Of a stretch of 64,000 nucleotides of DNA, positions 50,901-64,000 are shown in pieces. Within the stretch, counting starts at the first letter, position 1; every line of letters starts with the position of its first letter. Made by a program: the position numbers and the translations under genes. This DNA comes from Amphiscolops sp. MND2022 (taxonomy: Eukaryota), in assembly GCA_964187785.1 (NCBI GenBank), contig OZ076417.1:17050001-17114000 (forward strand), given 5' to 3'. A model generated the notes under the pieces. It did no database searches. It saw only the letters and a program-made list of their open reading frames with translations, and was not told the DNA's origin.

Positions 50901-53131
50901 TGTTTTGGGGAAAGTAAACGACTGTTTACTAACCGTTCACTAATGGGAGCTTCGCCTGCATTCAACGTAGTTACTGCTCACTAGTAGCATTGTCGTTTCA
51001 AATGACAACAGATGAACTACATTGCACTTTTGCAAAATTCAAAAATCGAAATCTTGAATTTATTCAGAAATTGAATCAATTATCATGAAATCTGGTGTAG
51101 AAATATTGAAACAAATTTGCGGAAATCGTATCGTACCGAGAGCCGATAACCGCGTTCAATTGTTTCAGAGTTGTGACAGAGTGGGTAGAAAAAGCAAATG
51201 GAAAATGTTTGTATTATTAACATTTCCAGAAAGCAATGTTGTTGAACGAGTACTCAGAAAAGTTTGTCAAAAAGTTGAGATGCTCAATTATCCAAGTTCG
51301 AAAGTTTTTGACAATTGGCGTTAAAAAGTATTTTTGTCTGGAAAGCAGGTACCCACAATGTTTTGGAGATTTCTCGACAACCCGGTAGCGAAAGAATTCC
51401 TCATGTGACCGTGAAACTGTTTTGACCGAAAACACAATTTAACCTGTTGTTAACCTCGAGCTTATCATAACCTCGAGAAATCATTAGACAAGACGGGAAC
51501 GTCTAAAGTCGGCGCTATACCTGAGGCTAAAAAGGCGCAAAGTTTTAAAAATATGCCCAGGACTTTTTTGTGCAAAACCCAGAAAATAGTTTGAAACTCT
51601 CAAAGGTTGCTTTTCGTGCTCGGAAAACACTTCGGAAGTTCAGATATAACGTGCTGAGACAAATGCGAGCACTTTCATTACGATACATATGCCGCAAAAG
51701 TGGATTTTATCATCCAGTGTAAAGTGTATTTTCCGTAAAACGAGAGCGAACCGTATTTTAGTTAAATAGTGCACCATGTTCATCGCGGATTATGATGCAC
51801 AGTGTAACAAGAAATTTTGCATTGTGATCATTGAGCGTGATTGTGTATAGTAGTCATTTACTGTATTTTGATCACTACGCGCAAGCCAAGTTGGATTAGA
51901 TATTAGAGGCTTTGGATGCGGTCAAAATCAAGTACTAAGTACTTATGGTAAAAGTGCATAGTGCCATTGCACAAAAAATGGACAATTCAGAGTGAGACTG
52001 AGAAAAAACTAGTCACTGTAATTGTCGGACTGTTTTCCTAAATAGAACAGCGCCTACTAAAAAGGTTCTTTTTGGCTCATTTCTTTTTCCATTGTTGCGC
52101 ATTGGAAAAACTAAAACGGTGTATCGCTTCCAAACCTTGAAATGACACCTAAATTTACGTTTTTGGTTGGATTGAGAAGAAGTTCTTCTAAAGGTTCGAA
52201 CCTACCAATGACTATTTTGGCGAAAAATGTAGCCCGCAATGGCTCTGCGGTAAGTATGCGTACCTTGCATACTTTCTTCAATCTTGAGCTATAATATGAT
52301 ACCAAACTGGATATATTTCAGAAATCTCGGAATTTTTAGAACTTTAGTACGCAATATCTCGGAAAACACCCCGGTCAGGAGATGAAATTCTAGGGGAAAA
52401 TTCCATAACATTGGCACTGTTCTTGAATTATCTTGAGCTTTTTCTAAATTTTTGAAATTGTACAGCCAAAAACAGTTGTAATTTGGTCAGAGTGAAGCCT
52501 TTTATCAATAACATTTGAAGCATTAGGAGACAGTAGTGGATTTTTTCAAAGAACAGCCAACTGACAAATTTTCCTGGAGCAACCACATGGAGCACTCTTT
52601 CGTGAAAAACAAATTGTTTGCATCGGAGACTGACTAAATAGGAGTAAAAATTGAATAAAAAACAATGGGCCAGGCTTTTCATTGGCATCCGGAAAGCGTT
52701 CGACACCTTTGATCATTCAATACCGATGAAAAAAATTTTATGCTTATGGTTACAGAGGACCAGTTTTCGAAATTTTGAGTGACTGTTCAAAAAATAGGTA
52801 CCAAGATCGATAACAAGACTGGATTTTTATCGCTCGTTAAATAGTTTGGCTGCACTATTAGTTGCACCCGGAGGTTTGCCAAGGTTTCTAGTTTCAAGAT
52901 TAACCATTTTGAAGAAATCAGTCCTGACTCAACGACCCATTTTCGTCATCTTTAAATGATCATATTTGTAAATTGCAGAATATTCAGAGACCCGTACATT
53001 ACGATTTCATTCATAGTTGCAATTACTGTTTGCTGTTTTAGGAACAAGCTTTCGAAAGCAGTCAAAAGTACAAAGAAGGCAAATTCATCATCGAACTTGT
53101 TCACATGGTCAAAGAAAATGGCTGGAGTTGA
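38913..53131 (+). CDS. YPEL: Yippee-like zinc-binding protein (YPEL1-4 type), 4 coding exons, 114 aa
   Basis: Exons 38913-39014 (MMKTFQEYL...[19 protein letters not shown]), 45580-45623 ([15 protein letters not shown]), 45819-45927 ([36 protein letters not shown]), 53042-53131 ([29 protein letters not shown]). All introns are GT-AG with consistent phases. Confidence 0.96.
40174..40311. mobile_element. Tc1/mariner-type MITE (138 bp)
   Basis: TA|CACTCAACTCCGTTTATAACGATT ... AATCGTTATAAGCGGAGTTGAGTG|TA: TIRs plus TA TSD. Confidence 0.88.
40496..40750 (+). mobile_element. tRNA-derived SINE with a preceding headless body copy
   Basis: A-box TGGTCTAGTGG (40592) and B-box GTTCGAACC (40636); body with palindrome ACACTTGC-GATAA-GCAAGTGT at both 40496 and 40668. 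Confidence 0.6.
40790..40875 (+). mobile_element. tRNA-derived SINE head / tRNA pseudogene (Gly-like)
   Basis: TGGCATAGAGG A-box, CTGCCAA anticodon-like loop, GGTTCGAGTC B-box; no intact cloverleaf. Confidence 0.5.
41769..42643 (-). mobile_element. HINE-like element with a tandemly duplicated 5' terminus
   Basis: AACAAGCCGGGACCGGCCGAAGTCGGCGC at 41769; GCGCCGACT termini at 42580-42588 and 42633-42641. Related internal fragments lie at about 40910-41760 and 42650-43190. Confidence 0.7.
43831..44202 (-). pseudogene. Degenerate PHD-finger-like remnant, possibly LINE ORF1
   Basis: [14 protein letters not shown] ... KFSCRKC, with CEI in an alternate frame between them; bounded by a HINE-like 3' end at 43797-43825. 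Confidence 0.4.
44608..45064 (+). mobile_element. HINE-like element
   Basis: AGTCGGCGC (44610) ... GCGCCGACT TGGGCCGGTCCCGGCT TGTT (to 45064). Confidence 0.72.
45133..45307. mobile_element. Tc1/mariner-type MITE (175 bp)
   Basis: TA|CAGTCAAACTCGG ... CCGAGTTCGACTG|TA. Confidence 0.82.
51488..51650 (-). mobile_element. HINE-like 3' end fragment
   Basis: ACAAGACGGGAACGTCTAAAGTCGGCGC, the reverse complement of the 1207-1235 terminus. Confidence 0.6.
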
Positions 53132-56100
53132 TCCCAATCCACTGTGAGCAACATGTGGAAACATGTAGGAAACATGCATGGTGCATTCATGTACATGTAT
53201 GGCAAGCAGAAGATGCAGTTATTGTTAGATAGTGTTTAGCTGTTAGTTAGTAGAGAGAGATTAGAAATTCTATTATTTGCATTTATTCTTTCAATTCGAG
53301 TCCTCGACTGACGAGAAGACAGCAAAACCCTCAGATACAAACCCCTTGGTGCTGAAAATACGAAATAGATGTTTCATATATATTTTTGCGATAAGAGTCC
53401 CTATCACACGCAGCGTAAATGACGCTCGTGAACGTCATCCCAACGACCTAACATGGCTAAAGGGGCAACCCGAGAAAGCAACGCGAAGTTAGCACGAGTC
53501 ATCTCGAAACTGAAGTTTGAACAAAAGGAATCATATCCGAAACTAGTGAATGTTGAAGTTTGACGAAATGACAGAAACGACACAAATCGAAGGCCCGAGC
53601 CTTCTCTGAATATTTACAGTCTACTTAATTCTTTCCATCGAACCCTAAATCCTTCCCGTATCTCGTCATTTTCTTCGATTTATCATTTCACTTAGCTTAT
53701 CTACGAACTGCCCCTCTGGTATCCCAAAGATCCAAGGTTCGATCCCAAGCAGTTTCGATTCTTTTGCTGCTTTCTTCAGTTTTTCAATCAACCGTGTTTC
53801 TTGAGAGTCTTTCTTTCCGCTCGTAACCAGATTTTTCCTGAGACGGAAACGTTTCATTTTTCCTCTAATTTGATTGGTTCAGAAGATATCTCAATGACCC
53901 ACTGATGATTTTGTCCAAGTTGCTTATGCGTTCCACGAAAGCTATTCTTCCAAATTTGGTTTTAAAATGGTTTAAAAACCTCTGGTGTTTTTGTATAAAC
54001 GCCATTTTGGAGTCTAATTGACTACAATCCTCATTTCGCCAAAACGAAAACTATCTCATTAGAATGGACTTGTCACCAGCCAAAATCAAGGAAGAGCCTC
54101 TTGACTATACATGATACCTTCTTGATGTAAGCGATATCAATTGATGGGGAAATTGATAACAGGTGTTTCAATCCAAACTCGAAACAGTTGGAATGAAGTC
54201 TTGGAGTGCTCTACTATGGATATCACATGATCGAATGTTACCTTGCAACGTGTACAATGGTCGATAAAGAGAACCAAGAGATCCCTCGCCGTTCTATTAC
54301 CCGCAAGTGGCCATTTGTTGCGATGTTTTCATGCTGAACGATTGGTGTTCTTATTGCTGCAAACCTTTTGGGCAAATCAGCAACAAAGACTGAAATTTCA
54401 CGAATCTCAATTGTCTAGAAACCCTCGATTACAATTTCGTCCTTCCTTTCATTACAAAGAACCGTGGTTGTTCGAATTCCATTGATTGGATTCTACCCAG
54501 CAAGGAAACTAACACAAATATTTAGTGTTGAGTGGATTCAATTGGTTCATACGAGATTGGTCTGATCATTCAATTTGCTCGATTGTGATTGGTTCGTTTA
54601 GGTCCTCACCGAAACGAGGTCCCATATTGAAGAGCCAATCAGAATGATCTGTTGCTGAATGTCGTCGTCTCACGCGGAGTGCTACCTGGTGCTAACAAAT
54701 AAATTCTGATTAGGATTAATTAGTGGGTTAATTAAGTGCCCGATATGAGTTTTAGTTTAGTTGATCGTTAGTGTAATTAATTAGTTGATTATCCTAGAGG
54801 GCTGTCAAAAGGTTAATAGAGAACATAATAGAGAATATTGGGAATTAAATTAACTGTGTCCAAAAAACACGTGGAAGTTAGTCAATGAAGTTTTTGAGAA
54901 GTTCAGTTTTCAGCATAATGTATTGATCTTCCAGTTTAGGTCCAAGTCATTTTAGGTGAAATCGTTAATCCATTTTTCCAAAGCTATCGCTCTGTTGATT
55001 GAGCTGTGTCTTAGAGATACATATTCTTTTACTATTTTTGGGACTCCAAAAACTTTTCAAAACTGTTTCCAATTTGGAGGAGGTTTTTCACTCCGATGAA
55101 TGTCTCTTAGAATTATATTTGTACAACCAACTGAAATGACAGCCTCTCTTTATTTCAAGCTGACCCGCTAATGCAAAGTGCTTAGTGAAGGGGCAAAATT
55201 TGAAACTGAAGTAAGAACCCCCCGCATTCATGCATACCTCAAGATGAATTAAATGTGCGCTGGAACTATCTGGAGTGCAAGTAACCGAAGCAGGAAATAT
55301 CCGGTGTGTAATTCGGGTGAATTCTGTTCTAGTATGGGTACAATCAGAGTTTTGACATTTTTGTTAATTGCTAAACGCAAAAAAAGCGAAATTGCTAAAA
55401 ATCGGTATTTCTGCTAGATGTTCGGCTTCAAATATGTTTGAAAACGTAGTTTTTTGCAAGAAAAAAGACTGGACTTTTCACTACTGTGTGTTTTAAAAGG
55501 GTGAAAGTTGGAATTCTTTGAAATTCATTTTGAAACTTGGTATATACGCTAAGGGAGTTTTGAGTCTGAACATTCTTTTAGGTGCCGCTAATTTGCATCG
55601 CTAATCAAATCGCTTAAAAATTCCTGCGCAGCAGCTATTTCGCTATATCGCTGGTTAGCGATGTCAAAACTCTAGTTACAGTGAATGTGTATGTTTATAG
55701 ATCAGAGTCTTCTTGGTGCAAATTAGTTATAATGAACGTTCAGTTGACCAATATTGTTAGTCGAACAAATGAATGATTCGTTTCCGAACACCTGTGGGGC
55801 CGAATCCTTGTTACATAATCTATCACTTATGTGTGAAAAGTTGAAGCATTTGGAAAATTTGGTTTTGTTTCAGCCTTCCTCTTTGTCTCACTTTTAGGGC
55901 GGTAGAAGTATGTGGCGTAGCCGATCAAAATTACGTTATCATAATTATGTCAAATTGATCAACACATCTTAGCTAACATCAACCAATTAATTTTTTCTCA
56001 GCCGCTGTGAAGATCAGCCAATTCGATCATTTCCGACGCTTCTAATAGTTTCGGATATTCGATGCTTTGTGAATCATTCATTCGGCCTTTCTGGTGGTCA

Positions 56101-59073
56101 ACCGCCATGTAATGATCAACCAAATTCATTAAAAGCGCTTCAAAACTCCAGTGAAGATGAAAGTGGAAGATACAGATGTTGTTGTTTATCGTGATGATAG
56201 TTTCGTCTTTGCTTCTTTAGTGCTATAGTTAGAAGATTGGTTAGCTTCACCTAATCATATTTAGTTTGTTAGTTTAAAAGTTAGTTTGCTATCTCTAGTT
56301 ACCTCCATTAGCAATTGTTCATTTTTCTGCTTTCTGCAATCTACTATGCTTTCTTCTGCAATTGCTCATTTCAGGGCCGGTATTTGAAAAAAAAATCAAA
56401 TTTTGGAACAGAATAGACTTAATTAACATCCAGCAGGTTTTCCGAATGGGATTGGAATTTTTCTGAAATTGTTTCTCGGGGACTGAGTTTCTACTTGTAG
56501 TTAAATCGATTGGCTTGAAAAGTGCTGAAATGCTCGGAAAAATTTTTTTCTTTCGATGGTTTTTCTGAAGTTCAAAAATGAGGGGTTATCTTTGATCCAT
56601 TTTCAATGGAGCAAATCTATCAACAGAAGATCCATGGCGCATATTTAGTTGATTAGTTAGTGTCAGTTAGTAATTTGGTTGTTTAGATTATAAATGGCGT
56701 GTATTCATTCAATTCGGGTTGTAAATTAATGGAAATTGAATTTATTCTCAAATTTTAACAATTTTCTATCAACTGAGGTAGAAGTTTTGTGGTTCGTTTT
56801 TTTCATGAACCAATTGAAGATTTTCAACCCGAATGTTGCTTCTGTTATGGGTTAAACTGTTCATATGATCGAACACGATTGAAAACACGAGTCAACTTTT
56901 TGAAGTTTTTCAATTTTAGCGTTGGTACATACTTTTTGGTAATATTTTTTGGGTATTCAATATCCCGATGTGTTAATGACTTCAAGTTTTCAACGTGTTT
57001 CTTCAACACTTGACGCTGATGTAGAATTCCTTCGATTGTTTCATTCAGCTTATCGCTAACAAGTAAATGTTTTAAGTTCTATCACGTGGTTTTTGTTCAC
57101 ATGGCAGATTAGCGAGTTTGAGATGAGAAGTTTAGCTAGGTTGAGCTTTTGACAGACCTTCAAGAAGCCAACAATGCTTAAAACATCAAGTGTTGTGGAA
57201 AGAGGTTACTCCTTGCACTCTTCGACCGGCCAAAAATTTTTAAAACACCAAGTTAGCTCTGAATTGAGAACTGCTCTGCAAACTGAAATGAATCCCATGA
57301 ACTGGTGTAGAGAAACTGTAAAATAATATTTATTATGATTACACAGATGGGGGGGGGGGGTGGTTATGGCAAAGAAATTACTATGCGCGAAGATGGATGG
57401 ATGGATCATTTGCAAAGAAATTAGTATCCACTTAACTATCATCTCGATCGCCAAAGATTTGAGTTTCATTCAGCAATCAAAGAAGCAAGCAAACCAAATA
57501 TTACAAATTCCATAGGTCGTATTGATTGAAGAAAATCTGTTTGATAGTCTAAAAAATCTTGAAATTAATTGGTCATTCTGCATCCGTGGGAAAGCTGTTA
57601 GGGGGATCTTAGTTTGTCATTAGTGATACCGTGTCGATGTGCAAGGCTCGTGAAATCTTTATTACTACCTGTCATTATTTTCAATAACTGCTTTGCCCAC
57701 AGATGAATGTTTTTGACATAAGCCGACCATTGGTTTTGACTGACTATGGCTTGATTTTAAGCGGCCTTCTGACTAGCTTCAAAGAATTTAGTCCAAAATT
57801 GCCTCCCATTTATGACCTAAAAGTGAGATGTGGATGTATTAACGTCGATATTCTTTTTTGAGAAATCGTCCTGGAAAATTGTCTAAGGAATCATCTGGAG
57901 ATTTTTCTCTAAAAATCCGCGTTGAATTGATTATCGACCAAAAAACTATCATCGATATATTTTCAGCTGCATATTTCCTGAAAAGCGATTTTTTGAACGA
58001 GTTTTCAATTTTTTCCCGAAAATGATTAACCTTCATAAAGGTTTATCCCAAAGAATTTCCGCTTGCCGTGGTTGCAATTTTGTGTTAAACTAAACCACGC
58101 TAACACGACACTTTCAAACCGTTTTCAAAATTTGGATACAACATATTCGGTTAACGGTTTTGGATGAAACTTTCAGTCATGATTATTTTTTAAGGTGTTG
58201 TAATATGGATGTTCCAAAATTTATAACCCGGTTGAGACCTTTGCAGTAATAGCGATTTTGATTTTACTGTTTGAAAACACTTGGCAGACTAATGCTGATG
58301 ATTTTTTTTCAAAAAGTTTGAAGCTTTTCGAGCTAGATCTTGCTACATAACAGTCAGCTACATTACAACCACTCATTTTAGGCATTTAGTCAGACATTTC
58401 AGGCCAAGTAAGTCCAAATACACCAAAAACGGAACGGAAAGCCCAATTTGGAACTAATCACAGTGAGGATCCTTGAGTGATGCATTTTTCTTTTAATCAC
58501 TTCTAAAATCACGAGCTTCACTGACTTCCAAAGTAGAATTTTGAGTTTTCGAAATTGCGAAAAATTATGGTATCGAATTATCTTTTTGGTATGGAATTGA
58601 TGGTGGATCGTGAATGGTAGCTGAATGACTATCACGTTAGAGTGGCAGAGAAAGATAATAAATTGAAATGTGAACGCGCAATTAGTGGTCGAGATCAGAG
58701 CTATGAAAATTAGGCCGTCACACAAAAATCTATTCGGCGCTTTTTTTACGAAAATTTAAAACTCAAAACTGATTTTTCTCGAAGTGAAGAGGAGATAGTG
58801 ACAAATGGTTAACCCCACTCAAAGGCATACACAGAGAGCCGCGCCAAAAGATTGAATACGAAATTTAGGAATTGATTGAAAATGACTTAGAAAACCTTTG
58901 AATAAAAAAATTTCACGTGAGAGCTATAGTATGAGAAAAGTATTTTATCTTATATTATCAACATCAATGGTTCTCATTCTCTGTGAGAACACAACTCAAT
59001 GAAAGTCAAAAAGTAGTATTTATAAGTTTATGAATAATTTCATTTCAGTGCAGTTATGAGTCACTTCAGTGAC

Positions 59074-60760
59074 ATGTTTCACCCCCGTAGCTGCAGAGAA
59101 GAAGGAGGCGCGGAGCGGCTAAGGGGAAAGGATGATGCGTAGCGTTGCGGAGCGAACCTTCACGAGGCGAAAACGCGAGACAGCGAAACGGCGGGCCGAT
59201 CGAAGATTCCGTAGGCTATCTTGACTGTGCAGACGCGGACAACTCCATCTGCACCAGGGTGAGTAGCTGTGATTCGTCCACGGGGCCATATTCCACGAGT
59301 TGTAAAATCGTGTAGGACCTAAAGAAGGTCACCTACTCGTAGCTGAGGTTGAACAGGCGACCACTTCCCTTGAGGATGAAGAGTAGGGAGGTATTCTTCC
59401 AGCAACCTCTTCCATATGTGGTTTTTCACTCTGATATTCTTCCCAGGATTTAACTGATTGTGGCTTGTCAGAGCTTTCAAAAACTCCAGGAAGTAAGTTG
59501 ACATAGGTTCGATGCAGTAGTAAGTGGTTGGGCGTCAGTGGTTCTTCATTCTCCGGCTGATCGGCAACATGAGTGGGTGAGCTGGTATTTAGCATCAGCT
59601 CCCTTTCTGCTAAAATAGTGGTGAAGAAATCCAAAACGAGCTTCTGCGATCCCAGGATGATCAAAAATGTTCGCTTGGCTGTCTGGATCATCCTCTTCCA
59701 TGCTCCACCGAAATGGGGAGCTGACGGTGGGTTGAAAACCCCATTGTATAGCGGCCGCTTGCGGTTTTTTTTCAATGGAATAACGAATGCTTTCGTTCAA
59801 GTTGTCCTGGAGGGAACGACGGGAACAAACAAAATTGGTTCCATTGCCGGAACGCAAAAAGCGTGGTTTTACCCGTCTAGCGAGGAATCGTCGAAAGGCG
59901 GTCAAGAAACTGTCGCTTGTAAGGGAGGGACAGGCGTCTAAATGGCAAGCTCGTGTTACCAGGCAACTGAAGATAAGACCAAAGTATTTTCTGGTTTTTC
60001 AGCCATTGACGATGAAGAAGGGACCGAAAACATCAACTCCATTTTTTCGAACGGGAACGGATCATCAGCGCTCGGAAAACGGTATGACGAGAGTGGGGCT
60101 ATTTTGGGATCTACGTTTCGCGCGCGGAAGCTGCAACAAATGAGGCATCTATTACTCAGTATGCGCAACGCACAACGGACTCTGCTTATCAGAAAACGCT
60201 GCTGGAGGACTGGAGGAACGTTTTGACGTATTCTGGTCCGGCGTGATACTGTAGTAAGAGGAGCTGTACAATGCAATTGTGGGCGTCTAAAACTATCGGA
60301 ATGAGGGCTGTGGAGGGAAGAGGAGCGCACTGGAGGCAACCGGCGGAAGGTAGAACGGCTGTTCGTCCAAAACTGGACTTTAGGGTAAAAGTTTGTCTTT
60401 CGATTGAGCTACCGTGGAGGCAAAAGACTCAATTTGCGATTGTCGGAAGAGCAGGTGCTAGGCGCTCTAAAAGAAGTCATCGGTGGTGAGACTGCTGTCA
60501 GACGAGCGGTTTGGGAGGCGGCGATAGAAACGGCCGACTTGAGCGGTTGAGCGACGGAGACAAATCCAAAAAGAAAATCGATTGAAATTTACAAGAGCGG
60601 CAAGAAGTTTAGTTTTAGTTGTCGGCGCAAATACTATTGGCGTGCAGAAGAGGGCGGCGTTGCGCCCGTTTTTGCGGTGGTTGGACAAAAAATGGAGGAG
60701 GCCGAGTCCATTTATATTCGATAGCGTCGGGTTTTGAACCTCTCGTGCGTCGTGCAATAT
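59074..60760 (-). mobile_element. Second, degenerate BEL/Pao fragment (RNase H end plus integrase, PPT, start of a 3' LTR)
   Basis: Frameshifted AFRRFLARR..P..LRSGNGTNFV, FNPPSAPHFGGAW, EEPLTPNHLLL, GADGVVRVCTVK...* (stop at 59160-59162); GGGGGTGAAACA followed by TGTCAC at 59074 (- strand). Confidence 0.88.
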
Positions 60761-61389
60761 TCGGCTCGGTATGAATCGGTGGGTACAATAAGATCTTTGG
60801 TTTTCAATAGCTTCACCTAATTGTTGAGAAATGCTCCACTACAACTCAATCAAACCCGTAGGTATAATGCACGAGACAAGAACTGACTGGGTGTCTACAT
60901 AAATTTTCTTTAACTTCGAAAGAAAAGAAGAATCAACCCAATCGAAGACAGTAGGGGTAAGTGTGACAAAGAAATCACGATCTTTTGCCACTTTGTGATA
61001 TGTCTCTTTTCCGGTGGTTGTCTCGCTACTCTTTAGCTTTTTCAAGGTGTCCTTTCAAGAATGAAAACAGCAGTTTGAAAGTCAAATGCTACACGATAAT
61101 AGAATGAGACTATTAACAGACACAAACACAAAATCACAACCACGAATAACAGAATATATTATCTGATAACATCGATAAAAGTGGAGAATAAAACGTATCG
61201 TATTGAAGGCCTGTAACACAAACAATCAAGAAACAAGGATTTCAGCAAGGTTGAATTGTTTAAGGTGTGATATCAGTGAAATATCGAAATAAGCAACTCT
61301 CTGCAATTCTTCTCTATCGGCCTTGGAGTGAAAGCAATCAGTGAATTCGAGGGCCACTGAATCTGTACTTTATGTAGAGATGATAGGCC

Positions 61390-61755
61390 AACAGCGCACC
61401 CTTCTGCCGGGTCAGAATTTGTACTAAACGACGGCGGATCGGAGATCTGTCAGGCAACCTCTAGAAGAAGGCACGGGCGTCACGGCCAACCAAAGTAAAT
61501 CTGCAATTTTGATAACTCGGTTCCTGATGCGGAACGTATCGACGACGCAAAGAAGCCACCGGTTTTCTAGGTTCAAACTCGTGGCTATACTGATCAGTAG
61601 ACCAAATGATCACCCTGCTGCCGGGTCAAGCTTCGTGCTAAGGGATTGTGGATTGGCGATCTGTCAGGCAATTTTTAGAGGAAGGTACGGGCGTCAAGGC
61701 CAATCAAAGCAAATCTGCTTTCTTGATAATTCAGTGCCTGATTCGGAACGTAAAG
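61390..61755. repeat. About 215-bp two-copy tandem repeat
   Basis: CTGCCGGGTCA...ATCTGTCAGGCAA...CGGGCGTCA..GGCCAA...CGGAACGTA occurs twice. Confidence 0.7.
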
Positions 61756-64000
61756 ACTCCTTAAAAACTGCAAACTGTCTTCTAGAGATGGACTCACTTT
61801 GTGTGTCTTCGTAATGGCACACACTTTGGCCCAAATTACTTTTTTTGACAGTTTAATCACTTAAGTATTCGTAATTAGTTATCATTCCTTTTTTGGTGCC
61901 TGACTAGTAGTTGAGTAGTACAGTTTGTTTCTACTTCGGTACCAAAAGTTCATCAGAAATACATTCTCTCATCATTAGTCAGTCCTGTTTCTACCTTCTT
62001 GTCAATCATGATTGGTGGTTTTTCTTCGTTTTCAAAAAATATAAGGGGAGGTATCACTGACTCAATTTTTCCCATTTTTGCAAACACGACTTTATCAAGA
62101 CTTTGCAAACACGCTCAATGAATGACATTTGCATTTTTCGTGAGGTCTTTGTCTCCCATACGACTTCTGACAATTTTCGCTAGCAAAATATTGCTGAAGG
62201 AATTCATTCCCAACAAAATACAATGACTTGAAAGGCAATTTTCTTTCACATCCCGAAAAGTCTTTTTTATCAAGTTACACATACTTAGAGTTAAAACCAA
62301 GTGTTGCTATCCTTGAGGGCAAAATATATACACTAATTAAACGGGCAATCAAAGGGCTACAAAAACGGTCATCATCGTTGACTTTTTTCCAACTCGTTCA
62401 CGGTGGAAAACGCCCTTAAATTAAAGTAGTCAAAAATCATCTGTCGACACTTGGATAAAAGTTGCCCTTCAAGAAGAAGGGGGTTTGTAATCTCACTCTA
62501 TTCAAGGAACCTTTTATCCAAATCCTTTTGTGGCACTTGTTGCCAAAGGAGAAAAATTTGGTGGATCTTACTTTAGAAAACTGTTGAATGTTTTTGTAGA
62601 TTTCCGCTGGAGTTGTTGAGTTGTTGAAAATAAAAGAGTTTACTTTATTTGCAATATTGGAAAGTGAAAGGTTTGGCTATTAAACTTGGCGTTTTTGGTT
62701 TGGCTTGGGAAAAACAACGAATCAGCTTTTTTGATCACTCATACTTTTCAGTCAATTTAATTTGGACTTCACGACAGCGGACATTAAGGCATTGGGCCAC
62801 CTTTGGGACTTCAAAAAATTTCGAAAATCTCAGTGCCAAAAAAATCAATAAGCGGACTTTTTTAGTCTAGTTCGGTTTTGTATGTTACTTCAGAAAAAGA
62901 AAATGAGAGGGGGATCCTTTGCACTAACTTGCGACTTTCCGAGGTGTTCATTTAGCTGAACAAACATGAAAAAAAAACTAAAGTTTGGTCACATTCGCCC
63001 CTGTCTTAAAGAAAAAAGAAAAAAAGAAATAAACGAGTGACTGTAATAGTCGCTAATTTGAAAGCACCGACTAAAATAGGTTTTTTTGAATTTTTGTCAT
63101 TTTTATCAAATTACAGGGTTTGTGAAGCTCAGAATTCAGAACAAAAAATTGCAATAACTTTCGATGCAATAAACACAATACCTTGAAATTTGACATGGAT
63201 TCAGATGAAATATCGACTTTAACCCCAATTGACCTGGGCGTTGTTACACATACTTAGAGTTAAAACCAAGTGTTTTGTTAAAACCAAGGGATTTGTTGCA
63301 TCAGGACTTGTTGTGGAGGGGCATGTGGTTGGTTTTTTCTATTGGTCAAAGACTTTTGAGAAAACTGGATTTCGTCAAAAACTGAATTTCGAGAAAAAAT
63401 ATCTATTTTTTGTGCAAAAAATCCCATTTTTATCAGCTTTGGAGACATATTCCCTTTTCCTAATGCTTGTGCCTATCAAATCAATCTAGGTACCAATTAC
63501 GTGTTGAAAAAAAATTGTGCTAGAAAAAATGGGCTACTGGCAAATGGAATCAGAATTTGGAATAAAGGTAGGCTGCTATAAAGCACCGCTAGGTTCATTG
63601 GGGTTAACACTAACATATCAATTCTTTGTCCTATACTTAAAATAGTTCATCAGTAAGAAAAAGCTTGTCAACGAAGTCTTGTTCACATGCAAAAAGCTAC
63701 TATTTCAGAGAATTTGGAATGATCGATTTTGTGAGTCATTTCAGGTTTGAACGGTTTAATCTTCAAGATCAGCTTCAGCGAAGTCCAAACTGCGAAAACT
63801 GAAATGTTGAGGATCTAGGAAACCTCTCTGAGTGAGCATTGAGGTTGTTCTGCGATACAATTATGTACAGTTCCATTTGGAGTCAAGAAATGGGGGATTT
63901 CTAGAAACTAGAATTAGTTCTTCTGATTCTAGAATTAGAATCTAATTCTTCTGTGATTGTCCTGTTTTTCTGCTCAAAGTTGCATTTTTTTTCAAAATTT

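Noticed and set aside
54540-54700. Inverted CCAAT boxes suggesting a promoter or solo LTR
   Set aside because: No TG..CA ends, TSD or downstream gene could be identified.
39779-63489. Numerous 60-140 aa ORFs rich in F/K/S across the YPEL introns and right third of the window
   Set aside because: Composition reflects AT-rich repeats and homopolymers; no domain motifs or splice-consistent chains found.

Overview
AT-rich, intron-containing animal (invertebrate-like) genomic DNA with a 200-N gap at 28218-28417; the species cannot be determined from sequence alone. Two host genes lie head-to-head: a 6-exon MINDY1/2-type deubiquitinase (- strand, 18456-27469) and a 4-exon Yippee-like YPEL gene (+ strand, 38913-53131). 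The rest is mostly transposon-derived. The most notable element is a full-length BEL/Pao LTR retrotransposon (10757-17933, - strand) with two apparently identical 291-bp LTRs and a GTGAT target-site duplication. Between pol and the 3' LTR it carries an ANTISENSE JmjC-domain gene with the Fe(II)/2-oxoglutarate motifs intact, a basic NLS-like tail and a possible spliced leader starting in the LTR, while its own protease and integrase catalytic motifs are lesioned. Just upstream (about 3980-9200) is a tandem array of a decayed cassette pairing a related JmjC segment with a SET-domain segment. Together these suggest mobile chromatin-modifier cargo (inference). Also present: a second degenerate BEL fragment, Jockey/I-like and CRE-like LINE fragments, an internally deleted hAT element with TIRs and 8-bp TSD, a family of Helentron/HINE-like non-autonomous elements, TA-flanked MITEs, tRNA-derived SINE heads, satellites, and three separate 1.8-1.9 kb tandem duplications. 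All calls come from reading by eye; no searches were run.
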